Shown: in pieces, positions 40,835-51,194 of the stretch
How positions within the stretch are numbered: position 1 is the stretch's first letter
Layout of the letters: each line of letters starts with the position of its first letter
NCBI GenBank assembly: GCA_965216325.1
Contig: OZ244160.1
Coordinates: 416,001 to 480,000, forward strand
Source: Coraliomargarita sp.
GTDB lineage: Bacteria; Verrucomicrobiota; Verrucomicrobiia; Opitutales; Coraliomargaritaceae
Reading direction: 5' to 3'
DNA length: 64,000 nt
Translations under genes and position numbers: made by a program
The notes under the pieces: model-generated
Database searches by the model: none
The model's input: only the letters and a program-made list of their open reading frames with translations
What the model was told of the DNA's origin: nothing

Positions 40835-41114
40835 TTGCTTCGGGTGTAATGAGATTAAAACGTATAATAGTCTGTTTATAAGATGCCTCGTTCACTGCAA
40901 GGGGGGAAGCATTAATTTACCCGGATCACCCGTGAGAGTGGGGGCCGGCGCTACAGGCCTGTTGTTAGTACTGTTCGTCCAGCGTACGTCTGATGGTAGT
41001 TTGATGTGCAGTGATTGGTGTATTTGGCTTGCACCAAGGAAACCTTGCGTTGGGAAGTCGAGACCGCTGGAGAGAGGAGGCAACTGAGTGAGGGCTCTGC
41101 AGTCATCCAACCAG

Positions 41115-41162
41115 ACACGGTTGATTGACCGTGTTTACAGGAAGGATGCTTTTCGGCATTAT
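41115..41162 (+). promoter_or_regulatory. Palindromic operator 7 plus promoter, in the divergent TCS/sulfatase intergenic region
   Basis: ACACGGTTGATTGACCGTGT at 41115-41134; -35 TTTACA, 17 bp, -10 CATTAT. Confidence 0.8.
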
Positions 41163-41293
41163 CACATACGCCAGATTTGGAGCTAAATAATGAAGCTGAA
41201 ATCTTCTGGCACCGGCGCGACTCAGCTCATCCGCTCACTGAGCAATCGAACTCCAAGTCGGTTGATCTCCTATTGAATTTAAATGACAAAACC

Positions 41294-43525
41294 ATGATTA
41301 AGAAAAAAAGACTCGTGACACTACTGGCAACGGCAGCCCTGATGGGCGCAGGCTTTGTTATGGGGGCTCCGACACCTAATATAGTTCATATATTTACAGA
41401 TGACCTTGGGCAGCAGGATGTGGAGTGCTATCGCGGCGGTCGCGGATCGCTCTACGAAACCCCCAATATGAATAAGCTGGCGGCGAACGGCATGCGTTTT
41501 ACCCATGCTTATTCGCCCTCTCCGACTTGTGCGCCCTCAAGGTCTGCATTCATGACGGGGCAGTATGGCCCCCGCAATGGGATTTTACATGTCATGGGTG
41601 GCCTGTTGCCACGGCCCTTGGCTCCGCACTACAATCACATCGCCCCGTTTTACTCATGCCGTATCCCGGTCGATGCCAATACCATTGCGCGCACGCTGAG
41701 TCAGGCTGGCTACATCACAGGCCACATCAAGAAAATGCATGTTGGAGGCCGCGGAGGAGGCTATCCCTATCCGCTAACCTACGGTTTTGATTTCAGTTGG
41801 GGAGCGCACCGGGACTACAACGACCCGGAGTTGTGGGATCCAAAAATGAAGAACAAGTTAGAGTATGAAAATGGCTTGTGGCTTCCGATGCGCCCGAATC
41901 GCCTGCACGGCTTTGCGACTTCGGAGCCCGACGATCCCTTCCGTACGGATCCGAATGATGATGACCGTCCTTTCGACGGCACCGTCGACTTGTCCCTGCG
42001 TTGGATGGAAAAGGTGCGGCATGGGGATCAACCCTTTTTCCTGAACTACTGCACGTCTCTGGTGCATGGCCCAGTCAGTGCCCGCGACCGCAAACGCTTC
42101 GAACACTATTGCAAAAAACTGGGGATCCCGGTGCCCACCAAGCTGGGGTCGATGAACAAAACGAATTCCGGCCAGCTGAACCCGTACTACGCCACCATGG
42201 TCGATACAACCGACTGGATTGTGGGGAAACTGGTCGGCTATTTGGAAGAGACGGACGATCCACGTAACCCGGGACACAAACTCATTGAGAACACCTATGT
42301 CATCCTGAGCACGGATAACGGGGGCTGTACCGCGATACCTGCGAAGACGGAGTCCGGCGGGGTTGAACACGAACAAATTACAGATAATGCCCCCCTGCGC
42401 GAAGGGAAACAAACCCTGTACGAGGGGGGGGTGCGCATCCCGTTCATCGTCCGTGGTCCCAACATCAAGAACGGCTCCGTCTCCAGTGCCATCGTGTCGC
42501 TTATCGATCTCTATCCCACTTTTATGTCCATCGCTGGAATCGATCCGGATCCTGCGCTTGAGTTGGATGGCTGTGACATCCTGCCCGTGCTCCACGGTGC
42601 GGACAAAGCACCTCGTTTTACTGACGGTACGCCTAGAAAATCACTTTATTTCCACTACCCGGTCGAAACTCCCATGGCGAGTGCCATCCGTAAGGAAAAC
42701 TGGAAGCTTTATCTCAACATCGGCCCGGGGGTGAATCACAATCCGAAAATAGAGCTGTTCAAACTGACCAATGAAGATGGCTCCGACTGCGACGTGAGCG
42801 AAAAGAATAACCTGGCGGACACAGAATCCGCCAAAGCGGCAGAGCTCCTTGGCGATCTTGAAGCTTGGTTGACCGAACAGGATGCGGCCATGCCCTATAA
42901 AAATCCTGAATACAATGGCGCATTGGAAGGCAAAGATCAGGTCGCAACGGTCGCATCGCGTGGAAGTGATGGAGCAACAGTCTATGTGACGGTAGACACC
43001 GAAGGTGGCAAGGCGCCGATCGAAAGCGCAATCCTCCTGTATACAACGAATGGGAGTGATTTTCTTCGCTCGAACTCCGGATCCGAAGAGTGGTTTCAGG
43101 CACCTGCCGTAGTCAAGGGCAACCGCATCGAAGCCAAAGCCCCTCCGGGAATGACGCATGGAGTCTTTTACCTGCGTGATACCAACAGTTTCCTAATCAC
43201 TTCAGAGCCACTTCCACCAGTGAGTGAGGTGAATTACAGCCACAAGGACTCGACGTATCTTAAGCACGCCTATTTCTATCAACCTGGCTTGATCTCGATG
43301 ATCCAGTGCGGGGAGTCGGCTTTAGCCAATGCCACGAAGCAAGCATTGGAGGTCACTGCCCTAACAGCCGCGCTGCAACATGCTAAGCAGATCGCAGACA
43401 CTCCTGTGAGTGAAGAACCCTATGCCAAGGCGATACGGCAGGTGCGCAAAGAAATCCGAGCATTAAAGGGCATCCCCGAGGCTGAACTAGAAGTTCTGAA
43501 TTATTTCCCTGTCACCGATTGGTAG
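41294..43525 (+). CDS. S1 sulfatase with a long C-terminal extension (paralog of 22061..24268)
   Basis: PNIVHIFTDDLG, CAPSR, TDNGG, GKQTLYEGGVRIP; signal peptide from ATG 41294. Confidence 0.92.
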   Translation: MIKKKRLVTLLATAALMGAGFVMGAPTPNIVHIFTDDLGQQDVECYRGGRGSLYETPNMNKLAANGMRFTHAYSPSPTCAPSRSAFMTGQYGPRNGILHVMGGLLPRPLAPHYNHIAPFYSCRIPVDANTIARTLSQAGYITGHIKKMHVGGRGGGYPYPLTYGFDFSWGAHRDYNDPELWDPKMKNKLEYENGLWLPMRPNRLHGFATSEPDDPFRTDPNDDDRPFDGTVDLSLRWMEKVRHGDQPFFLNYCTSLVHGPVSARDRKRFEHYCKKLGIPVPTKLGSMNKTNSGQLNPYYATMVDTTDWIVGKLVGYLEETDDPRNPGHKLIENTYVILSTDNGGCTAIPAKTESGGVEHEQITDNAPLREGKQTLYEGGVRIPFIVRGPNIKNGSVSSAIVSLIDLYPTFMSIAGIDPDPALELDGCDILPVLHGADKAPRFTDGTPRKSLYFHYPVETPMASAIRKENWKLYLNIGPGVNHNPKIELFKLTNEDGSDCDVSEKNNLADTESAKAAELLGDLEAWLTEQDAAMPYKNPEYNGALEGKDQVATVASRGSDGATVYVTVDTEGGKAPIESAILLYTTNGSDFLRSNSGSEEWFQAPAVVKGNRIEAKAPPGMTHGVFYLRDTNSFLITSEPLPPVSEVNYSHKDSTYLKHAYFYQPGLISMIQCGESALANATKQALEVTALTAALQHAKQIADTPVSEEPYAKAIRQVRKEIRALKGIPEAELEVLNYFPVTDW

Positions 43526-43577
43526 GTCACTATTTACTATTAAAAATATAATTAGCAAATTTATTAAAAAACACACA

Positions 43578-45803
43578 ATGAAGACGTACTTAAAAACTCT
43601 CTTATCGGCAGTGTGCATCGCTGCAGCTTCGCAATGCGCGAATGCCGATCAGAATTTCACCCAGTTTACAGGGCCAGGTCTGGACTACACTACTTGGAAC
43701 GGAGCCTTGCTCATCGGTCCAGGTCACTCGCTATGGGGCATGCGAGTCGGTTATTTGAAGGGCGATAAGCTCGTGACTGGTCAGGAAATTACAAACGAAG
43801 TCGCCAGAGCCGGAGCGTACGATTCGAATCGCTCCTATGCCGATCTCGATCTAACCAACTACACGATTCGCTGGGCGAAGCATGGTCCTAATACGATGCT
43901 AGCTGAAGTGACCGCAGAAAAAGACCTTGCGCTTGTCGCCGAAGTCTATCCCGCTCACCAGAATATGGCGAACGTGGAAGTGCCTTGGCCGATTCATAAC
44001 CCCGCTCAAATGCAAGTCAGCCCTGAGGGCATCATCACCGGCACTAGCCGGCATATTGATACCGTTGCAGGCCATACCCGTATTACGGGGGGCAATGCCG
44101 AGTTTGACAATCGTTCGGTTAGCATTGCTCCGGTAGAGAAAGGGCTCGATCACTTGCGCATGGAAACATTTCCCAAGCCTGCTGAATCCTTGGATTCCGA
44201 GGCGTGCAAGGCAAGGGGCTTTAGCCATGACGGGCGTAACCGTTCCTGCGCGATCATCCATGCCAAGAAAGGTCAGAAGGTCTATCTCGCGGTATCTGTC
44301 TCGGACGGCGTGGTCGAGCCCCTGAACCTCGATGAGGCTGCGATCAAGAAGGCGATCGACGCCGCACAAGCAAACTACCTGAGCAGCAGAATGCATGGCA
44401 CTGGTAATTTGGGGCTCTGCGCAGAGCCGATGATCAATGAAATCCTGTGGACCTCCACCTACAACCCCTTTGAAAAGAAAGTGTTCATTCCCGCAGGGCG
44501 CCCATGGATGGGGGACGGCCGTTATAACCTCTGGGGCTGGGACGAGAGCTTCTGTGCGGCAGTAGTATCACTGGCGTCGGATGAGATCGCCGAGATCAAT
44601 GTGGTGCTCGCCAATGCGGACGACCGGATCGGCCCCTACGCGGGTTGGTATGTTTATAGCAAACACGGCAACCTCGACGTGTTGAAGAATAATTACCCCG
44701 TCTACAAGGGCATGTACCCGCCCGACAATGCCGAGCTGGTGAAATGTGGCAATGACTGGAATGCCGAAGTCGGACGCGGCATGGATGACACACCCATGCG
44801 TGAGCACTGGCTGAAGCTCGGCGTGATGTATTCACTGGATATGTCCTCCATGAAAGCGTGGAACCTGGAACTACTCGCCAAGATGGCCAAAGAGCTTGGA
44901 AAGGACGAAGAGGCCAAGCAATATCAGGCCAGCTACCAAGCGCTCGCTCAAAAAATCAATGACACCTTTTGGAATGAAGAGGCCGGGATTTACCGGAACC
45001 GCTATGTGTCAGGCAAGTGGCCGGTCACCGAAAGCCCGACTTCATTCTACCCATGGCTGGCGGGCGTGGTCGATGCCGAGCGCTCAGAAAGGTTGCTGGC
45101 CACCCTGATGGATGAATCCAAATTCTGGGGCGAATATGTGATCCCCTCGCTCGCCAAGGATGACCCTCAATATGGGAAAGTGGCGGAGCATAAACATGAC
45201 AACAGAATATTTCCTGCCTTCTGTTACTGGCGCGGCAATATCTGGCCACCGTCCAATTACCTGGTCTACGAAGGCCTCAAGCGGGCAGGGCACGACATGG
45301 CGGCCGCTGCCTATGCCGAGAAATCCGTCAAAATGTGGCATGACAACTGGCTGGTCACCGGCGGCTTCCCTGAGAACTATCACCCGGAAACCGGCAAGCG
45401 CTCGGAAATGGCGCACAAACATCAGACCTGGACTACCTTGTTCACCATGGTGGGAGTCAAGGAGCTGATTGATGTTGAGATCTGGTCCGATCCAAATGCG
45501 CTGCGTTTTGGCACCATGTCCAAAGGCGATAATGCGATCTACAACTACCATCACCGCGGCCACCGCTACGACTTGGAAATCAGCGCCGACGGCTTGACCG
45601 TCAAAAAAGATGGCAAGCCATTGCTGACCACCTCCTCCGATCAGTGCGTGATTCGCGACTTCATCTGCGCCGACGGCCAAGTCTCCTGCGTGGTTGAAAG
45701 CGTGAAAGCGCAGGACATCAAATTCTACGGTGCACCAAACACCAAGCCACTGAATTTCAAAGCCGCTGCCGGAACCACTCAAGTATCGCTAAGCTGGGAC
45801 TGA
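43578..45803 (+). CDS. Secreted (alpha/alpha)6-barrel glycoside hydrolase, GH63/MGH1/trehalase-like
   Basis: LWGWDESF, GMDDTP, INDTFWNEEAG, YWRGNIWPPSNYLVYEGL, FPENY. Confidence 0.8.
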   Translation: MKTYLKTLLSAVCIAAASQCANADQNFTQFTGPGLDYTTWNGALLIGPGHSLWGMRVGYLKGDKLVTGQEITNEVARAGAYDSNRSYADLDLTNYTIRWAKHGPNTMLAEVTAEKDLALVAEVYPAHQNMANVEVPWPIHNPAQMQVSPEGIITGTSRHIDTVAGHTRITGGNAEFDNRSVSIAPVEKGLDHLRMETFPKPAESLDSEACKARGFSHDGRNRSCAIIHAKKGQKVYLAVSVSDGVVEPLNLDEAAIKKAIDAAQANYLSSRMHGTGNLGLCAEPMINEILWTSTYNPFEKKVFIPAGRPWMGDGRYNLWGWDESFCAAVVSLASDEIAEINVVLANADDRIGPYAGWYVYSKHGNLDVLKNNYPVYKGMYPPDNAELVKCGNDWNAEVGRGMDDTPMREHWLKLGVMYSLDMSSMKAWNLELLAKMAKELGKDEEAKQYQASYQALAQKINDTFWNEEAGIYRNRYVSGKWPVTESPTSFYPWLAGVVDAERSERLLATLMDESKFWGEYVIPSLAKDDPQYGKVAEHKHDNRIFPAFCYWRGNIWPPSNYLVYEGLKRAGHDMAAAAYAEKSVKMWHDNWLVTGGFPENYHPETGKRSEMAHKHQTWTTLFTMVGVKELIDVEIWSDPNALRFGTMSKGDNAIYNYHHRGHRYDLEISADGLTVKKDGKPLLTTSSDQCVIRDFICADGQVSCVVESVKAQDIKFYGAPNTKPLNFKAAAGTTQVSLSWD

Positions 45804-45814
45804 CAATCTGGTCA

Positions 45815-45863
45815 ACACGGTCAATTGACCGTGTTGACGGCATTGTTTTTTTTTTGCTAGACT
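45815..45863 (+). promoter_or_regulatory. Palindromic operator 8 (perfect 28-bp palindrome at 45811-45838) plus promoter with a T10 spacer tract
   Basis: GTCAACACGGTCAATTGACCGTGTTGAC; -35 TTGACG, 18 bp, TGn-TAGACT. Confidence 0.85.
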
Positions 45864-45939
45864 GTTATCTACTGTTATCTACAGTTGCGAAGATGAATTG
45901 AATCTTCGGCCTTGTAAATCAAACCCCTGAAAACAAAAT

Positions 45940-46689
45940 ATGCCTACTAAACATCTAATTACACTCTCTCTCGCAACTATCGGCCTCGCCACGGTTTCGA
46001 ATGCGGCAAGTATCGGGTTGAATTTCGTCGACGGACGTAGCGGACTAGATCCCCAGTCGATCGGTGCAGCCGAAAGCGCCGGTGTCGTTTCGCAAGTGAA
46101 CTGGAACAATACCAACGCGGAGGGTGCTGACGTATCCGCAGGATTTACCAGAACCACGTTGGATATCGCCAGCCCGATCGCCGACACACTTGTCGATAAT
46201 ACAGGCGTCGATAGCGGAGCGACGGTATCGTGGTTTGCATCGAGCACATGGTCGCCAGTCTCCGCAGGGACAGACGGCGACGGTGCTTTGATGTCGGATT
46301 TCCTGCAACCCGCTAACGGAACAGCGTCAGTGACCTTTAGCGACCTTACTTACGATACCTACGACGTGTATCTGTATTTTGGTCGTGGACAATATGCTAA
46401 TATTAATGGCGACACAACAGCCGACATCTCGATCGGCGCGACCACCAAGACCGTTACGATGTCCGGCGAGGGCACTGGTTTTGCGGGATTCGTCGAAGAT
46501 GTAAACTACGTCCGCTTTTCCGGCGTGACCGGTTCCAGCTTTACTGCATCGTTTGATCATATCAGTGGTAGCTTCACAGCGGGCATCAAGGGCATTCAGG
46601 TCGTCGCCGTCCCCGAGCCCTCTACTGCAGCGCTCCTTGCTGGTTGCCTCGGGCTAGGCCACGTAATGATGCGTCGTCGCCGCCGATAA
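45940..46689 (+). CDS. PEP-CTERM sorting domain protein
   Basis: Signal peptide; C-terminal VPEPSTAALLAGCLGLGHVMMRRRRR. Confidence 0.92.
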   Translation: MPTKHLITLSLATIGLATVSNAASIGLNFVDGRSGLDPQSIGAAESAGVVSQVNWNNTNAEGADVSAGFTRTTLDIASPIADTLVDNTGVDSGATVSWFASSTWSPVSAGTDGDGALMSDFLQPANGTASVTFSDLTYDTYDVYLYFGRGQYANINGDTTADISIGATTKTVTMSGEGTGFAGFVEDVNYVRFSGVTGSSFTASFDHISGSFTAGIKGIQVVAVPEPSTAALLAGCLGLGHVMMRRRRR

Positions 46690-46732
46690 TTTTTCATATT
46701 AAGGGATAATATATAATAGGGATATATAGGGT

Positions 46733-46769
46733 AAAGCCCCTCGCAGTTCAGCTGTGAGGGGCTTTTTTT
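46733..46769 (+). terminator. Rho-independent terminator (identical copy at 48187-48223)
   Basis: AAAGCCCCTCGCAG-loop-CTGTGAGGGGCTTTTTTT. Confidence 0.85.
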
Positions 46770-47157
46770 GTGGTATGCGATTAAGCGCAAAGCGTCTTGA
46801 GCCCGATTTATGCAATAGGATGAGCAAGTTGCGCGGCAAGTGCAGCCGAGGGAACGTATAAACCTGGTGTGAATGGCACTCGTTTAAGGCCATGTATCGT
46901 ATGGGGCAGGCGATCTCCGTGCCTTGTAAGTTCTGCACGGGTAACCGGAATCGATAAGAGGGGCGCTGAAAAGGAGGAGTTGAACCGTTAATGGACGTTA
47001 ATGAACGTTAATTTTTCATGTGGATGGGCTTGATTTGAATGAGTGCAATAAATCAACAGCATTGATACGTCATTCGGAATCTCTCACCAGAATGACGAGT
47101 CCTCTGATTAACGTTCATTCACGTTCATTGACGGTTAAAAAAAGCAGAGTGTTTTTA

Positions 47158-47211
47158 GTGTTTTTAGGGACAGGCTATAAAAGTGTTTTTAGGGACAGGC
47201 TATAAAAAGAG
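47158..47211 (+). repeat. Two copies of the GGGACAGG junction motif
   Basis: GTGTTTTTAGGGACAGGCTATAA x2, directly before a duplicated segment. Confidence 0.9.
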
Positions 47212-47213
47212 CC

Positions 47214-47524
47214 CCGACGGCCAGGTCTCCTGCGTGGTTGAAAGCGTGAAAGCGCAGGACATCAAATTCTACGGTGCACCAAACACCAAGCCACTGAATT
47301 TTAAAGCCGCTGCCGGAACCACTCAAGTATCGCTAAGCTGGGACTGACCCTCGGGGCAACACGGTCAATTGACCGTGTTGACGGCATTGTTTTTTTTTTT
47401 GCTAGACTGTTATCTACAGTTGCGAAGATGAATCGAATCTTCGGCCTTATAAATCAAACCCCTGAAAACAAAATATGCCTACTAAGCATCTAATTACACT
47501 CTCTCTCGCAACTATCGGCCTCGC
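47214..47524 (+). repeat. Copy of 45670-45989 (3' end of the GH63-like gene, operator/promoter, first 17 codons)
   Basis: Near-identical DNA. Confidence 0.92.
47359..47408 (+). promoter_or_regulatory. Palindromic operator 9 plus promoter with a T11 spacer tract
   Basis: ACACGGTCAATTGACCGTGT at 47359-47378; -35 TTGACG, 19 bp, TGn-TAGACT. Confidence 0.82.
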
Positions 47525-48143
47525 TGCCGGTGAGGCTAACGCTGCGACCATCACCTGGCAAACGCCCGTGAGCGTATCCGGTGACGGGACCGCCGACATC
47601 GACAACACAGGGACACTCGAGTACGCCTATCAGTACGGGGCGTTCAGCGGTGCGCTGACCATTGACGGCGTAACCTTCGCCGATGTCAGCGATACAACTG
47701 CATCTGGAGGAACAAACTTTACGACCGCAGTTGACGCGGGGCAGCAAGGCGACATCGGCGAGGTCGCCGGCACCACAGGCGACTACCAAACACTACTCAG
47801 GCAAAACACATATGAAGCAAACAATCAAACCCCCTGGACATTGCAGGGGCTGACAAATGGCCAGGACTACCTTGTACAGTTCTGGGTCGCCGATATTCGC
47901 TACGACGATACTCAGGTTCAAACCATTGCCGGTGGCGCGAATACAACCGAGGACATCTCCATTAAGACCGGCCAATATGTGATCGGCACGTTCACTGCCG
48001 ATGCCACGACGCAGCAGGTCTCTTTCAGCGGCGACATCCTCAACGCTATGCAGCTGCGGTCGGTCCCCGAGCCCTCTACTGCAGCGCTCCTTGCTGGTTG
48101 CCTCGGGCTAGGCCACGTAATGATGCGTCGTCGCCGCCGATAA
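47475..48143 (+). CDS. PEP-CTERM sorting domain protein
   Basis: Same leader and same VPEPSTAALLAG...RRRRR tail as 45940..46689, different core. Confidence 0.92.
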   Translation: MPTKHLITLSLATIGLAAGEANAATITWQTPVSVSGDGTADIDNTGTLEYAYQYGAFSGALTIDGVTFADVSDTTASGGTNFTTAVDAGQQGDIGEVAGTTGDYQTLLRQNTYEANNQTPWTLQGLTNGQDYLVQFWVADIRYDDTQVQTIAGGANTTEDISIKTGQYVIGTFTADATTQQVSFSGDILNAMQLRSVPEPSTAALLAGCLGLGHVMMRRRRR

Positions 48144-48634
48144 TTTTTCATATTAAGGGATAATATATAATAGGGATATATAGGGTAAAGCCCCTCGCAG
48201 TTCAGCTGTGAGGGGCTTTTTTTGTGGTATGCGATTAAGCGCAAAGCGTCTTGAGCCCGATTTATGCAATAGGATGAGCAAGTTGCGCGGCAAGTGCAGC
48301 CGAGGGAACGTATAAACCTGGTGTGAATGGCACTCGTTTAAGGCCATGTATCGTATGGGGCAGGCGATCTCCGTGCCTTGTAAGTTCTGCACGGGTAACC
48401 GGAATCGATAAGAGGGGCGCTGAAAAGGAGGAGTTGAACCGTTAATGGACGTTAATGAACGTTAATTTTTCATGTGGATGGGCTTGATTTGAATGAGTGC
48501 AATAAATCAACAGCATTGATACGTCATTCGGAATCTCTCACCAGAATGACGAGTCCTCTGATTAACGTTCATTCACGTTCATTGACGGTTAAAAAAAGCA
48601 GAGTGTTTTTAGTGTTTTTAGGGACAGGCTATAA
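48063..48634 (+). repeat. Copy of 46609-47180 (PEP-CTERM tail, terminator, downstream DNA)
   Basis: Essentially identical DNA at offset 1454. Confidence 0.93.
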
Positions 48635-49110
48635 TAATACCGATAATAATACCGATTCGCAAAGGTTTGACCTGATAGGCACCACCCCGTCTCGCTTTGC
48701 GATCCACCCCTCCTCGTCAAGGAGGGGAGCTAAAGAAGCTCCTCCCCTGCGAAGGGGAGGTCATCCCGCTAGCGGGATGGGAGGGGTATTTTAGCCCAGG
48801 AGTGTTTTTAGGGACAGGAGTGTTTTTAGGGACAAAGTGTTTTTAGGGACAGGCTATAATAATACCGATAATAATACCGATTCGCAAAGGTTTGACCTGA
48901 TAGGCACCACCCCGTCTCGCTTTGCGATCCACCCCTCCTCGTCAAGGAGGGGAGCTAAAGAAGCTCCTCCCCTGCGAAGGGGAGGTCATCCCGCTAGCGG
49001 GATGGGAGGGGTATTTTAGCCCAGGAGTGTTTTTAGGGACAGGAGTGTTTTTAGGGACAGGAGTGTTTTTAGGGACAGAGTGTTTTTAGGGACAGGCTAT
49101 AAAAAGAGTC
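48612..49110 (+). repeat. Tandem ~225-bp units of a REP-like hairpin pair bracketed by 8 GGGACAG motif copies; partial third copy at 52247-52421
   Basis: Units at 48612-48836 and 48837-49061, followed by short motif repeats. Confidence 0.9.
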
Positions 49111-49296
49111 CGGCCTTTTTTGGTTCTTCGTCAATTCATCGAGCATCTTCAACATTTCACCGTGCGGATAATTGCCGACCGAGGTGTAAGCTCCATGGCC
49201 CTTTAAGGATGGCAAAGACGTCAAACGGTCCAACACTTCATATCCGAACTTAGATTCCACCATCTCAAGGAATTCTGTGAACACCAAACCTTTCAT
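49110..49296 (-). pseudogene. Truncated heme-NO-binding (HNOB/H-NOX) domain gene
   Basis: MKGLVFTEFLEMVESKFG...AYTSVGNYPHGEM; truncated after about 55 aa near the repeat. Confidence 0.8.
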
Positions 49297-49662
49297 GAGG
49301 ACTGAGGCTATTGTAGTTTTTACAGGTTGAAGCGCGTCGGATGCTGTAATTTTTACACAAACACGATGGAGAACCGCTAGATAGAATTAGATAAAAAAAC
49401 CTCATATGCCTGCATATCAGCTACTTGGGTGATAATAAAACAAAATTGGCATGGCGCATGATATAAGTCTAGCATGGCCAAAACTACTCCTACCCCGATC
49501 TCTGCGATTCCGCATATTGTCCAAGCGTCGGCATCATTGATGGTGACTCCACAGCAGCCGCATTAATGCGATTCGTTCCTCCTTGTTGCTAATATATTGT
49601 AAATTGCAACGTAATTGTCAGGTCTACGACCTGAAAATACAAAACACGACACTACACCCCCA

Positions 49663-50457
49663 ATGCCCAAAAAAATGAAATCAAACTATAAAATCAACCT
49701 GACCGCCGCCACTCTGATCGCGCTAGGTTCCTTCGCATCCGTTCGTGCTGCTGTTGTCACTTGGGACGGCGATGCAGCGGACGGACAATGGGGCACCGCC
49801 ACGAACTGGGACAGTGATGCTGCACCCGCGGCTGGCGACGACGTGAACATTGCGAACGGGGATGCCGTCAATATTACCGGAAACATTCTGGCAAGTGGTC
49901 TCAACATCACCCTCAGCGGTGGCTCGAATTTATCGTATACAGGTATTAGTGGTGCTTTTCAGTTTAACTTGAATGGTGCCACGATTGCAGTCGGCTCAGG
50001 CTCTACCCTTAACGGCGGGACTACTAGAATGTGGGGCACTTCCAAACTGGTCTTCGATGACGGGGCAGATTTTAACGGCACTATGGAGTTCAGGGACTTT
50101 AGTGATGATGGCCCTGACTTACAGTTTAATCTCGGAGCAACCGGCTTCACGACCGTTGAAGCTGGTGGCTTGGGGTTCTGGTCTGGCGATAACTTATCAA
50201 TTGTGGACTTCACCGTCGACCTTACGAACTACTCCGGCGGAGCGGATACGATCACCCTGATCGACTGGAATGGTAGCGGTAGCGCGAGTCAAGCCTTGCT
50301 CGATGCTGCCACTCAAACCTTCATCGGGGGATCTGCTAATCTTTTATGGGATGATGCTAACAATGCCATCCAGCTGAGTATCGTCCCCGAGCCCGGCACC
50401 TATGCGCTGCTGGCTGGCCTGACAGGCCTCGTCTTCGTAATGATACGTCGCCGCTAG
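49663..50457 (+). CDS. PEP-CTERM sorting domain protein (TWDG...W-type core)
   Basis: Signal peptide; VTWDGDAADGQWGTATNW; tail VPEPGTYALLAGLTGLVFVMIRRR. Start is 49663 or 49675. Confidence 0.9.
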   Translation: MPKKMKSNYKINLTAATLIALGSFASVRAAVVTWDGDAADGQWGTATNWDSDAAPAAGDDVNIANGDAVNITGNILASGLNITLSGGSNLSYTGISGAFQFNLNGATIAVGSGSTLNGGTTRMWGTSKLVFDDGADFNGTMEFRDFSDDGPDLQFNLGATGFTTVEAGGLGFWSGDNLSIVDFTVDLTNYSGGADTITLIDWNGSGSASQALLDAATQTFIGGSANLLWDDANNAIQLSIVPEPGTYALLAGLTGLVFVMIRRR

Positions 50458-50544
50458 GTTCTGAGCTTATTTTCGAATGCTAGTCGATTCGAAGGGCTGC
50501 AAGGTGACGGAATGATTTTTTCATATAGGGTTACCTATTAGGGT

Positions 50545-50577
50545 AAAGGCCGCGCTTGGGGAGCGCGGCCTTTTTTT
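50545..50577 (+). terminator. Rho-independent terminator (copy at 51889-51921)
   Basis: AAAGGCCGCGCT-TGGGG-AGCGCGGCCTTTTTTT. Confidence 0.85.
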
Positions 50578-51079
50578 GGTTCTTCGTCAATTATCGTGAA
50601 AGGGATAGCAAGGAAGCGGGATTGAAGTTCATAGAGCTTCTTCGAGATTTTCAGTGGATGCGTGCACTGTTAGGCGTTGAAGGCCTTCTGAGGGCACAGA
50701 GCACCCAAGGGGGTGGGTGGTTTAAATAACTCCTTCCCGGCAGGGAAGGTGGATCGTGACTTGTCCGCCGTAGCTCGACACGTCCGCCGTAGCTTCTGAG
50801 CGAAGGAGGAAGAGCGAAGGAGGAAGCGAGACGGCATGCGCGCCGTAGCCTTGGCGTAGGAGTGAAGGGTTCTCTGACCGAGCCTAGGCAGATTTTTGCT
50901 CCGGCTGGCTCAAATAACAGTAAAAACCCCTCCGTCCCCGCAGACGGGGCCACCTCCCCTTCGCAGGGGAGGAGCTATTAATTGCCCAATAATCACGTAA
51001 AATGGAAGATTCAAAGATGTGTGTTTTTAGGGGCAGGCTATAAAAAGAGTCGCTAAGCTGGGACTGACCCCTCGGGGCG

Positions 51080-51126
51080 ACACGGTCAATTGACCGTGTT
51101 GACGGAATTCCTTTTTCTGCTACTAT
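51080..51126 (+). promoter_or_regulatory. Palindromic operator 10 plus promoter
   Basis: ACACGGTCAATTGACCGTGT at 51080-51099; -35 TTGACG, 16 bp, TGn-TACTAT. Confidence 0.83.
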
Positions 51127-51194
51127 GAATGAGATTTTAGATTAATAAGGTTGTTATCGCCCTAAAATACAAAACCCGATAAATATATTAAAAT

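Noticed and set aside
48612..49110. CRISPR array (short repeats GTGTTTTTAGGGACAGG)
   Set aside because: Repeats are abutting or separated by duplicated rather than unique DNA, spacing is irregular, and there are no cas genes.
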